Made by a program: the position numbers and the translations under genes
In this document: in pieces, positions 40,695 to 52,614 of the stretch
How the letters are laid out: every line of letters begins with the position of its first letter
Position numbering within the stretch: position 1 is the first letter of the stretch
Assembly (NCBI RefSeq): GCF_018977255.1
Contig: NW_024704743.1
Coordinates: forward strand, 113,338,001-113,402,000
Source of the DNA: Callorhinchus milii
Lineage: Eukaryota
Reading direction: 5' to 3'
DNA length: 64,000 bases
Notes under the pieces: generated by a model
Database searches by the model: none
Told to the model about the DNA's origin: nothing
The model's input: the letters and a program-made list of their open reading frames with translations, nothing else

Positions 40695-40904
40695 AGTGCG
40701 CACGCGGGGACCGGGAGCGAGCGGTCAGGTGGATGGCATTATCCCGCAGATTGGGGCATCGAACCCAACAGGACCATAGTGGGCTCTGATGTGAGCCCTG
40801 GGGGGGGGGGGGCGCAGAGGGTTTTTTTTTTTTGTTTTTGTGCGCGCGCACTCACCTGAAAACTAATCTATGACGTCGCAGTTCCCCGCTCCGTCCCCTC
40901 CCTA

Positions 40905-41254
40905 GCTGCACTCGCTCCGGCGTCGAGTTTAAGTACCTGGGTCAGTAGGCCCAGGCTCCTCCCCGCGCTGTCCTGCTGCCGCTCCCCGACTGGCTGCACT
41001 CGCTCCGGCGTCGAGTTTAAGTACCTGGGTCAGTAGGCCCAGGCTCCTCCCCGCGCTGTCCTGCTGCCGCTCCCCGACTGGCTGCACTCGCTCCGGCGTC
41101 GAGTTTAAGTACCTGGGTCAGTAGGCCCAGGCTCCTCCCCGCGCTGTCCTGCTGCCGCTCCCCGACTGGCTGCACTCGCTCCGGCGTCGAGTTTAAGTAC
41201 CTGGGTCAGTAGGCCCAGGCTCCTCCCCGCGCTGTCCTGCTGCCGCTCCCCGAC
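40905..41254 (-). repeat. Four tandem 88-bp monomers at the L2 5' end
   Basis: Units start at 40905, 40993, 41081 and 41169; identical by eye; the last is 86 bp. Confidence 0.97.
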
Positions 41255-42577
41255 CTGAAAGGACGTGAAAGGACAGGTAGATAAAGCTGTTAAAAAAGCA
41301 TACAGGATATAGACTTTATAAATAGGGGCATAGAATTCAAAAGTCAGAAAGTTATAATGAAACTTTATAAAACACTGATTAGGCCTCAGCTAGAGTACTG
41401 TGTTCAGTTCTGGGCACCACACTTTAGGAAGGATGTCAAGGTATTGAAGAGGGTGCAAAGGAGATTTACCAGGTTGATACCAGGAATGAGGGATTTCAGT
41501 TATCAAGAGAGCCTAGAAAAGCTAGGATTATTCTCCTTGGAGCAGAGAAGGTTAAGAGGAGACTTAATAGAAGTTTTCAAAATTATGAGGGGATTCGATA
41601 AGGTGAACTATTTCCACTGGCGGGTGGGTCGGTAACCCAAGAACATCGATTTAAAATAGTTGTTAAAAGAAACAGAGGGGAGGGGAGGAGAATTGTTTTC
41701 ACACAGCGAGTTGTTCGGATCTAGAATACATTGTCTGAAAGGGTGGTGGAAGCCGATTCGATAACAACTTTTAAGAGAGCAGTAGATAATTGTTTTGGGG
41801 AGGACAAGTTTGCAGGGCTATGGGGAGAGAGCGGGGGAGTGGGATTGATTTAGATAGCTCTTTTCAAAGAGCCAGCACAGACACAATAGGCCAAATGGCC
41901 TCCTTCTGTGCTGTATAATTCTATGATTCTATCAGAGCAGCTGTTTCCCTCCATATTCTCTTTGATGCATCAACAATACTTCACACCACATTTTTAGCTG
42001 TTTTTGTATCAGGCTGAAAAGAATATGGATGTATGCTTTAGACAAATTGCTGCTACAAAACAAACAGTATGAAAAGCATTTTTATAGAAGGTTTACTTCA
42101 TAGAAAAGAGACCATTAAGACCAATGGGTTTAAAATTCCATGTGGCACATTAATTATCTAAATTGAGATGGCTGATGTAATTTGGGGATTTGAGCGAAAC
42201 ACAAGGCTCCTCTCCAGATAACTATATACTGTAGCATTTTGGAAAATAATACCTTAGTTGTATGGCTAGAATTCTCTGAGATTCTAAGTACCTGTGGGAG
42301 ATACAGGTACAAGTCACTTAAACAGGTTTTAGATTTGCTTAAGGGCCCTTCCATTATGTGAAAGGTAGATGTTCATCGAATGGCTGTTGAGGAAAGGCTG
42401 AGGCTTAGAACAACAGCTGCTAACAGGGAGTAGCTGGAGTCCAAGCTTGTGAACATGTACTAAATATTAAATCTAATACTAAGGTTACATTGCAACACTC
42501 GTGATTACGTTGTAGTATTCTAACAAAAAAAATTATATGATGCATAAACTGCAAGTGCACAATTCAGTAAGAATATG

Positions 42578-42793
42578 AGCACTCATTCACAAGCGAGAGA
42601 CCTGGGTTCGATTCCCAGCAATAAATTGGTCACTTGAATCCACGACTGTTTGTAGGACACTGCTGTGCATAATTGTCTGCTGCGTTTCGCCCACAAAAAA
42701 TGCAGTCAATTCATTTTATAGTATATTCTGTGAAGCGCTTTGAGATGTCTAGAAGACATGAAAAGCGCTATATCAAATTCAAGGATTATTATT
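42578..42793 (+). mobile_element. SINE with internal deletion
   Basis: Partial tRNA head joined to the SINE 3' half and tail. Confidence 0.8.
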
Positions 42794-44129
42794 TTTATAA
42801 CTTTAATTTGGCCTTTTTCTAGTCAGATTTAAATTGTTTTTTTAAATCACTTGAGGCCTTATCTGTATACTATATTAATTTCATGGTACAGAACGGTTAG
42901 TTCCGTATCTTTGCCAATATAGATTGTCATTGTGACCTAATGTTTTTAATACATGATGATAACAATTGCAGGATTAATTATTTTGAAATGACTACTACAT
43001 GTATAATGTGCTAGATAAGTCATTTTACGAAGTCAATCTCTCACCCCATAATACTGCAATCGGGCACAGTTTGAAGGGTTCACGTTAGGTTATGTAAAGC
43101 TCTTTATGGATGATTAACATTTGTTGCTGATCTTCTCCATTATACTACAAGCATTCAAAATAAAATACTGACTGTAAGGCCTTAGAATGTTTGGTGGATT
43201 TTTCTGGTATACATGGTCATGTTGTAAATACATTGTTTTGACGTTGTAAGCCTATCAAAACTATTCTAATTCACCAGCTAAGCTTCAAGAACAGAACAAG
43301 AGTAAGCTCAAAAGAGACGGATTTTCTGGCCTTCTCTTCCTCATACATAATAATTCTTGATTGATAAATCTATAAGCCTTGTATAAACTAAAAACCTCAT
43401 TTTGCAGACATTTTCAGATGATGCCAGGGCTGCAAAGATCTAACAAAGTGAGTTTGATTTTGATCAGGTATGCACCAGGGCTGTTGACTGACAAATGAAG
43501 TTTAATGCTGTAGTGGGCACGAGGATGTCAGGGAAGAAGCAGTCAATGCCAGCCATGGTTGAACAAAATAAAATGACCTTTGGGTCCAATGTCAACAATT
43601 CAGATAACTGCATGTCAGAGACACCACAGTAAGGGATGTCAGCTCTCTGACCTGCTCCTCTGGGACATTGCTGTGCACAAAATTGGCTGCCATTTTTGCC
43701 CACAAAACACACAATCACTCCACTTTACAATACTGCCAAACTCATTAAATAACCACCTGCTGTTAATAACCTTGGAAAAGTCTGGAACGATTTTACATAA
43801 TAAACCACCTCTATTCAGCAAACACCTGTCCCAACATAACCAGTGGCCACTCTAGTCCTGTCAGCGAACTGACACCCTTTTCAGCAACCAGATCCAGTGT
43901 GGTATTGGTGCTAGGAGTCTAGCCGAAGTTTACGCAAGGGACTGTGGAAAGTTTTGGTCCATGGAAATAGTAACATTTGTATTTTGGAACTGATTTATTA
44001 CTTGATTAAACTATTTTGTTTTAGGGTTCCTATATGCACTGTATTTTTCTATTCACTCAGAAATGCTACCCACACCAACAAACCCTTACTCAGAAGCTAT
44101 GCGTACATAAAAACAGAAAAACTGATTAT

Positions 44130-44875
44130 TTTCTAGAAGGGGAGAGACTAGATAGTGTTAGTCTTCAGAGGGATTTGGGTATTCTTGTACACCAGTCACA
44201 AAAAGTTAGTATACAGGTACAGCAAACAATTAGGAAGGCTAATGGCATGTTAGCGTTTATTCCAAAAGAGTTAGAATACAAGAGTAGGGAAATCTTGCTG
44301 CAACTGTATAGGGCTTAGTGAGACCGCACCTAGAGTATTGTGTGCAGTTTTGGTCTTCTTATTTAAGAAAGGATATACTCGCCTTAGAGGGGGTGCAGCA
44401 TAGATTCACTAGGTTAGTTCCTGGTATGAGGGAGTTGAACAATGAGGATAGGTTGAGTAAACTAGGCCTATATTCTCTGGAATATAGAAGAATTAGGGGT
44501 GATCTTGCAGAAACATATAAGATTCTTATGGGCTTTGACAGAGTAGACAGTGCAAGACTATTTCCACTGGTAGGAGAATATATAACTAGGGGGTCACAGT
44601 CTTAATATTCAGGATCAGCCTTTTCAAACAGAGTGGAGGAAACACTTCTTCACTCAGAAGGTAGTGAATTTATGGAATTCTCTACCCCAGAAGGCTGTAG
44701 ATGCTCAGTCCTTGAACATATCCAAGACTGAGATAGGTTTCTAAAGGATAGAGGGATTAAGGGATATGGAGATAAGGCAGGCAGATGGAGTTAGGTTAGA
44801 AGATCAGCCATGATCTTATTGAATGGCTCAAGGGGCCAAATGGCCTACTCCTGCTCCTAATTCCTATGTTCCTAT
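44130..44875 (+). mobile_element. CR1 3' fragment (different subfamily)
   Basis: QRDLGILVHQSQK, RPHLEYCVQFWS and RRIRGDL; tail cctatgttcctat. Confidence 0.88.
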
Positions 44876-45089
44876 AAAGGCTACTTTGGTCCAATCCCCT
44901 GAATGGTTGCTGAAAACTGGTTTGACTGTATATCCTGTGAAGTGCCTTGAGATGTCCTCCCAAGTGAAAGTCTATATCAAATGTAAGGATTATTATAAGG
45001 ATAATTATTACAAATATATTACAGATTTTATGTTTGCTAGGCAGAAATTTCACATCTCTGTGCAACACAATGAGATTCAGAATGAAGTA

Positions 45090-45340
45090 TAATAATAATC
45101 CTAGCATTTTGATATTTTGTCCAGCGCCTTGGGACATTCTCCTGACGCAAAAGGCGCTCTATAGATGTAATTTTGTTGTTGTTGTATAGTGCTTTTCATG
45201 TCTCCTAGATGTCTCAAAGTGCTTCACAGAATATACTGTAAAGTGAATTGACTATATTTGTGGGCAAAATGCAGCAGCCAATTGCACACAGCAGTGTCCC
45301 ACAAACAGTCTTGGATTGAAATGACCAATTTTATTATTGT
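45090..45340 (-). mobile_element. SINE fragment containing an opposite-strand L2 tail (about 45118-45184)
   Basis: Minus-strand SINE body interrupted by agcgccttgggac...aaaggcgctctata...gttgttgtt. Confidence 0.75.
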
Positions 45341-47410
45341 TTTGTATAGTGATTCTAGAGATAGAATTAATCCAAAAAGTGTTTAATTCCCTTTGACACA
45401 GCATGTTCTTATTCATTTTAATGAAATTGTTTTCACTTCCCAGCTAACATTGCTTACATCCCAGCACTAAATATATATTTTTTATTCAATAGTATCTTTC
45501 ACATACTTTGTTCAGTCTCAAAGTCAGAATAACTTTGCAGTTCTTCCTTTAAATCTTGCAGTTATTTCAATCAGAGCACAGAAAACACTTGTTTAATTAT
45601 TTGTCTGACTTAGACATAGTTGCAGCTTCATGACTCATTCGTGTTGTAGCTGATAAAAAGTAAATACATTTTATTTACCTGGTCAGTGCCAAAGTGGAAG
45701 AGGGTAATAATTACTAGAATTTAATGGAAACGTAGCAATGAAGAAAAACACATATAATACGGATAACATCATAATTGGAAAAACACAGAACCTAATCTAC
45801 CTAGATTGCAGTATCTCTCACCCAGCCAAACAAGTGTATACGCTTTACCTACTAGGTTTGTGTTTCTTACTCCCTCATGCACTCTCTCTCTCAGACTGAG
45901 ATAGACACTATGATCTATTCATATAATAGATTCATTTAAAATTTTGTAATGTAACTGAGTTTGGAGTTGCAACGAATTGAAACTATCTGACAGATTATTA
46001 TAATTATAAGTCTGAGTCTGTAGACGTCCTTTAATCTTAATTCCTTTTTGGATGATTTTTAAAGACTATGTCCAGTGACCATACATCTGGAAAAACTGTG
46101 GCACAAAACAAAATTAAATTAAAATAATCAGAACAGTGTTATTTTCATATTTAAATTCTGTTCTTTTCTGATCCCAACCACCAGCTCAAGTGTGGATCCT
46201 TGACTGTCTCGTGCCTTGGGACGTCCTCCTGACATGAAAGGTGTTATACAAATGTAATTTGTTGTTGTATTCACACAATATCTAAAAGACTTTTGTCATC
46301 CAATAAAAATATGAGCTATGAGCCAGAAACAATGCAAATAAAAATAAAGAAGGAACGAGAAGCAGAATAACTTCACGAATTAAAGCTGACACTTCTGCTA
46401 AATATATAATAGTAAAACTTTTTTTAACATTGTGGAAAAATAATTTTGCTGTAAAGACCAGCCACTAAGATGCACTAAAATGCTTCTGATAAGCAACTTT
46501 GAGGTAAATATTCTCAAATGTTTTTATTCAGATTCCAAATAATATTTTCCAGACTAGAAATCAAAGTAATTACCTTGATGTATTTGTTTTGTTGCTTATA
46601 CTGGCAATTGAAACTGCTTGGTTTGGATACTCTTAAGCATGGTGGAAGGGTTTCCGCATGTGTCAGACACCCAGTTGACCAAAGAAAAGCAATAAAACTG
46701 AGCACTTTGGTTATATTTGCCAGGAACACCTCCATCAGCTGATCGTCTCAATTTTATCAGAGTAAGTTGCACTTTCTTTACATAACTGGAGGGAAACTGC
46801 CCCAATTTGACTTACAGCTCTGGGAATTGTTACTGTTTCTGCAGCTCTAGATACAAGTATATGAAATATAACAAGCACTTATGAAGGGATCTGGCAAATA
46901 AGCAGGGCTTGTTTACTAAGCAGTTGCAATCCCAAGCATGTAGGCAAGAAAGAAAGTCTGGGACTAGATCACTAGGATAATGATGCTCCATAGTCCATCT
47001 ATTTTAGAATAATATCTGAATATTGAATAATATTTTAGAATAATATCTGAAAATAAATACCTTGGTACATTGCTGCCCAAAAAGTGATACAAATATTATT
47101 ATGGCTATCTTGAATATGGTTATTATATTATTGCATTCCCCTTATAAAAAAAACCTATTGGTTTTTCAATTAAGTTACATAACACATTTGATAAGGATAG
47201 TCCACTGATATACTAATATATTTCCGTAAATTTTAAAAGCACTGTCATTTTTAAATACATCAATCTCTCTCCGGTATATTTTTTTCTGGTACAATGTATC
47301 CACACTGTTTCTTCCAATTCTACCTGTTAAAACTGCTATTTCTTTCCATTGTTGCAGCATTGGGCTGACATTCAACCAGTTTGGGGAATGCCCCATTTGA
47401 GGATTTAAGG

Positions 47411-47576
47411 TGTAATGTTTGTAAATCTAAAACACAGTTAAGATTCACTGGTTCCTTTATTTTAAATCTTACACTCTCTTCCACAATCTGCCCAGTCACC
47501 TTCCCATAATCCTTTAATCATTGCTTCCCATTGTCAACGTCCAATTGCCAATTAAGTCTTAAAGCAATATGTAACA
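47411..47576 (-). repeat. 3' LTR (166 bp, TG...CA)
   Basis: tgtaatgttt...atatgtaaca, homologous to 53450-53940 once the SINE is removed. Confidence 0.85.
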
Positions 47577-49819
47577 TCTTCCTTTTAGTTTCTTCTCTTT
47601 TTTTCCAATCTTGTTCTATCATTCTATCATTCTATCTCTTTTTGTTTCTCTTCCGCATCTGGTTGTTTTTACCATTTCTGCCACTCCTTGATCTTTCTTC
47701 TGTTTTTCCTTTTTCTCCTGCAATATATATCTTTCCTTTTTCATCTTTTATCCAATATGATCAGGGGTTCTTATCTTTCCGCCAATTTTTTCCTTTTATA
47801 CATACTTCCATTTTTAAGTTTTTCCTCCGAAACCATACGGCTTCTCCTTTTTTGAAAGTTTTTTTCCTTCTGTGGCTCTTGGCCTTGTTTCTTCCAATTT
47901 CTTTTTCTCTGTACCTGTGGTCTCAATTTTGGTTCCTCCCATTTTAAACCCATCCCTTAATCTTCTGGACATCAACATCTGTGCCGGTGACTGTCTCTGA
48001 TCATCTATTGGCATATTTCTATAGGCTAGTAATGCCAAGTGTTTATCTTCCTTTGATTCCTCGCTTTCTTCCACATTTTATTAATTGTCTGTACTGTTCT
48101 TTCCACCATCCAATTACTTTGTGGATATCATGGTGACAATGTTCTGTGGTCTATGTCCCACTATTTTGTGATTTTTTTAATATTCAGCACTCACAAAATT
48201 GTGGTCCATTATCATTTATTAATTTCCTTGGTATTTCATGCCTGACTAATATTTCTTTAGTCTTGTCCATTACCATTTCATTATTACTGTCTATTACTAT
48301 TTTGTTATATTATTTAATTCTGCATATTCACTATACCTCGAGGTATAGTCTACTATCAATAATTAATCGTTCCCATTATAACAGAACAAATCTGATCCTA
48401 TTTTTGTCCTATGCCCTCTATATATTATTCCTTTTTTTCTGATATATTTCATTTCTTTACTTCCTATATAGTCGTACCTCCTCCAGTGCATTTTTTCTAT
48501 TTTATGGCCAACCTTTGTTCAATATCGTTTGAATTTCCTTACTATCTTTTTTGGTTTGCTTCTATTATTTCATTCTCAAGTCTTGTTGCTTGTGTCATTT
48601 CCCATATCTGGAACTCCATTTCCTTTTCTAATTGTTTATCATTCTGAAATGTGGCCCTACTTAGTGTATCTGCCACATATAAGGTATATATTTAAACTCT
48701 AAATTGTACTTTTGTAGCCTTTTCTCATTCTCTGCAGCCAAGGTGGTGTTTTGTTTAGTCCCTTCCAAAACATTGCCTCTAATGGTTTGTGATCATTTTC
48801 AATTATTACTTTCAAAATACATATTGTTTAAATCTCTCGCATCCAAATACCTATGATAGACACTTCTTCTCTATCTGTGCGCATGTTTCCTGTCTCTGAT
48901 AGAGCTTTCGATGCATATGCCAGAGTTTTCTCTTTTTGAGTTAGTGTTGCTCCTAACCCAGTTTTGCTTGCATCTACAGATATTAAATTTTTTGACACTG
49001 GAGCTTTTGTTATAGTCTCTTTTGTTTGCTGAAATGCTTTTTTCTGTTCTTTTTCCTCAAGTGAACTTTCTTTTATAAGCTCCCTTATTGACTCCATTAT
49101 TTCAGTTACTTTTGGAATAAATCTTGCCACGCAATTCACCATTCCCATGAGTCTTTTTACTCCTTTTTTAAAAATCAGTCGGTGCAGACATTTTTGTTAT
49201 TGCTATTACCTTTTGCTGATCAATTTTTAACCTATCTTGGGTAATTATAAGTCCTAAGTATTTTACTTCTGTTACTCCTATCCTGCATTTTTCCTTGTTT
49301 AGCTTTATTTTTTTTTAAAAATTAAAAAATCAGTTCCAACCGTTCATCGCGTTCTTTCTGTGTTTTACCATATATCAAAATGTCATCAATATAATTGATC
49401 ACTCCTGGTATTTCTTCCAATATTTGTGACATTTTTTTCTGAAACGCCTCTTGTGCTGACTTGATGCCCAAAGGCATTCTTTGGAAGCAATACCTCCCAT
49501 ACAGTGTCATAAATGTTATCAAATCCATAACAATTTGATTTTGACAATTTGACTTGCCAATACCCTGAGGAGCAATCCAACATTGCAACTAGCTCCATGT
49601 AGTAAAGCATGCTCCTGTATCTAATTTGCACTGAATGATTTTCTTTACACCATAGATATACCATCCACTCATTTTTTTCTTTGATATGTACTCTTTATGA
49701 GTTCCACTGCTTCAATATTGTACTCCTCTTCTGGTTCACTTTCTTTGGATTCTATATCTGAGTTGTCTGTCCTTTCATATTCCCTTGATTTAATTTGTCC
49801 AATTCTGGTTCTCCTTGGG

Positions 49820-52614
49820 TTATTTGGCCTCTTGTACTCTTCTTTCTGTTTGCCCTCTACATGCTCCCCCTTGGTGAAGTCATCCGCAGACATGGGGTAA
49901 ATTTCCACATGTACGCGGATGACACCCAACTCTACCTCTCTGACTCCACCCTGAACTCCAGGACTATGAGGTCCTGACCGACTGCCTATCCGGCATCAAG
50001 TCCTGGACGAGGGCCAACTTTCTCCAACTCCACATCAGCAAGACTGAGGCCCTCCTGATTGGTTCACGCTAGCGCCTCCGCACTTCAGGCGCTGGCAGGA
50101 TCAGCCTCCACGGCTGCACACTCAACCTCACTAAACCAGTCAGGAACCTGGGTATCTTGTTTGACTCTGAACTGTCCCTTCTCCCCCACATCCACGCCAT
50201 GACCAGCACTGCCTATTACCACCTCCGCAACATTGCCAGACTCCACCACTGCCTCACTCCTCACCCATGCATTTGTCACCTCAAGGCTTGATTACAGGAA
50301 CTCCCTCCTCATCGGCCTTCCCAAGTCGTCCCTTCAAGATCCTCATCCTCACCTTTAAGGCCATCCACAACAACAACAACAACAACAACAAGATTCCATT
50401 TATAGAGCGCCTTTCACGTCAGGAGGACGTCCCAAGGCGCTGCACAGTTGGGTCATGACCCGAGCAGGGGGAAATTGGTCAGGGTGAGGGGAGGGAAGGG
50501 AGGGAGAGAGGAGGGGGAAATGGTCAGGGTGAGGGGAGGGAAGGGAGGGAGCGAGGAGGAGGAAGAGAGTCGAGAGGGGAGCTGAAGGCACGGTCAAAGA
50601 GAAAGGTTTTGAGACCGGCCTTGAAGGAGGAAAGGGAGGAAGCAAGGCGAAGGCACTGGGGGATGGAGTTCCAGAGCCTCGGGGCTGAGAGGCTGAAGGC
50701 CCGACCACCGATAGTAGGGCGGTTGGGGCGGGGGACGTGGAGCAGACCGGAGCCAGAGGAACGGAGGGTACGGGCAGGTAGGTAGGGGGATAGTAGGTTG
50801 GAGAGGTAGGAGGGAGCAAGGCCGTGAATGGCCTTGTAGGTGAGGATGAGGATCTTGAAATCAATCCTCTGGGGGATGGGGAGCCAGTGGAGGCGAGCGA
50901 GGGTGGGAGTGATGTGGTCCCGAAGCCTGGTGCGGGACAGTACACGAGCTGCAGAGTTCTGAATGACCTGCAGCTTGTGGAGGGAGGTGGCGGGAAGGCC
51001 GGCGAGGAGAGAGTTCCCATAGTCCAGCCTTGAGGTGACAAAGGCGTGAACCAGGGTTTCAGCAGCGTGAGGGGTGAGGTAGTGCCGTAGTCTGGCGATA
51101 TTCCGGAGGTGATGGAAGGCGGTGCCAGTTGTGGTGCGGATGTGAGGGAGAAAGGACAGCTCAGGGTCGAACAAAACGCCGAGGTTCCTGACTGGCTTTG
51201 AGAGGTGGAGAGTGCAGCCTTGGATGCTGATGGTGTCAGCGCCTGAGGTGCGGAGGCGCTGACGTGAGCCAATCAGGAGGGCCTCGGTTTTTCGCACGTT
51301 GAGCTGAAGAAAGTTGTCTCTCGTCCAGGACTCGATGTCGGACAGGCAGGCTGTCAGGACATCGGTGGTCGTGGAGTTGAGAGTAGAGGAGGAAAGGTAG
51401 AGTTGGGTGTCATCCGCATACATGTGGAAGTTAACCCCATGTTTGCGGATGATGTCACCGAGGGGGAGCATATAGAGGGTGAAGAGGAGGGGACCGAGGA
51501 CAGAGCCCTGAGGGACACCACATGAGACAGTACGGGGGGTGGAGGAGAAGCCATTCGTTGAGACGAAGTGAAGACGGTGGGAAAGGTAAGAGCTAAACCA
51601 TTCAAGGACAGTGCCTTGAAGGTTGAGGTGGGAGGACAAGCGGTGGAGTAGGATAGCGTGGTCGACCGTATCGAATGCTGCCGATAGGTCGAGGAGGACG
51701 AGGAGACAGAGGGAGCCCTGGTCACAGATAGTCAGGATATCATTGGTGACCTTGACCAGGGCAGTTTCTGTGCTATGAGCAGCACGGAAACCTGACTGAA
51801 GGGGTTCAAAAAGAGAATGGGTGGAGAAGAAAGAGCGCAGTTGGGAGGCGACAACTCTTTCCAAGACCTTGGAGAGAAAGGGGAGGTTGGAGATGGGCCG
51901 GTAGCTTGATAGCTGCGACGCATCAAGGGAGGGTTTTTTCAGGGTGGGCGTGATGATGGCAGTTTTTAATGGAATGGGGACAGAGCCAGAGGAGAGGGAC
52001 AGGTTTATGATGTCAGTGATGTGTGGGGCAAGAAAATGGAGCTGGGAGATAAGGAGTGGAGTGGGGATGGGGTCAAGGGAGCAGGTGGTTGGTTTTAGGG
52101 ATAGGATGAGTTCAGTGACAGAGGGTGGGGAAACGGGTACGAAGGTGTGTAGGGGAGGATGGGTAGGAGTCGGAGTGTGGGAGGGAAGGGGTGGGTGGTG
52201 GGTGGAAGTTGGAGGGGAAGTGACCGCGGAGCGGTCCATCGCCTTGTCGCCTCCTACCTCTCTGACCTGCTGACTCCCTATCAACCTGTCCACTCCCTCC
52301 GTTCATCAGGCTCCAGCCTGCTCCATGTCTCCCACCTGCCTACCATTGGTGGCCGGGCTTTCAGCTCTCTGCCCCCACACTCTGGAACTCCATCCCATAG
52401 TCCCTTTGCCTCACTTCCTCCCTTGCATCCTTCAAGGCCAGTCTCAGGATCTTCTCTTCGACCGTGCCTTTAGTCTCCATCCCACCTCTCTGCCTTCCCT
52501 CACCCCTACACCACCCCTCCCCCATGCTCGGGCCCCGACATCTGACTGTTCAGCGTTTTGGGACATCCTCCCGACGTGAAAGGCACTCTATAAATATAAT
52601 TTTGTTGTTGTTGT
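49820..52614 (+). mobile_element. Older 5'-truncated L2 inserted in the Gypsy element and split by a young L2
   Basis: LYMLPLG...[13 protein letters not shown] on the left; C-terminus, stem-loop and (GTT)n on the right (52235-52614). Confidence 0.88.
50368..52234 (-). mobile_element. Young 5'-truncated L2, near-identical to about 37278-39144
   Basis: Offset 13090 bp; only a handful of differences seen by eye; TCCA duplicated at 50364-50367 and 52235-52238. Confidence 0.95.

Larger units (their letters stand above)
37278..41254 (-). mobile_element. Full-length single-ORF L2-clade LINE, apparently intact
   Basis: (GTT)n tail, 3' stem-loop AGCGCCTTGGGACGTCCTCCTGACGTGAAAGGCGCT, uninterrupted APE-RT ORF, and a 5' UTR with tandem monomers. 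Confidence 0.95.
36460..41932 (+). mobile_element. 5'-truncated CR1, split by the intact L2 (37278-41254) and a SINE fragment (about 36921-37040)
   Basis: [13 protein letters not shown] and KFADDT on the left; LYKTLIRPQLEYCVQFWAP and EQRRLRGDLIEVFK on the right; tail ataattctatgattcta. Confidence 0.9.

Noticed and set aside
40781..40798. Hammerhead or HDV-like ribozyme at the L2 5' end (GGGCTC-TGATGT-GAGCCC hairpin)
   Set aside because: No CUGANGA...GAAA core or nested pseudoknot could be built by eye; a covariance-model search would be needed.
40905..41254. CRISPR-like array
   Set aside because: Units are fully identical with no unique spacers, in a eukaryotic LINE 5' UTR.
43740..43860. 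Mariner/Tigger-like terminal fragment
   Set aside because: No partner TIR or target duplication found.
50524..52293. 589-aa ORF as a functional RT gene
   Set aside because: 5'-truncated L2 lacking the endonuclease; its N-terminus is read from the antisense strand of the older host L2.
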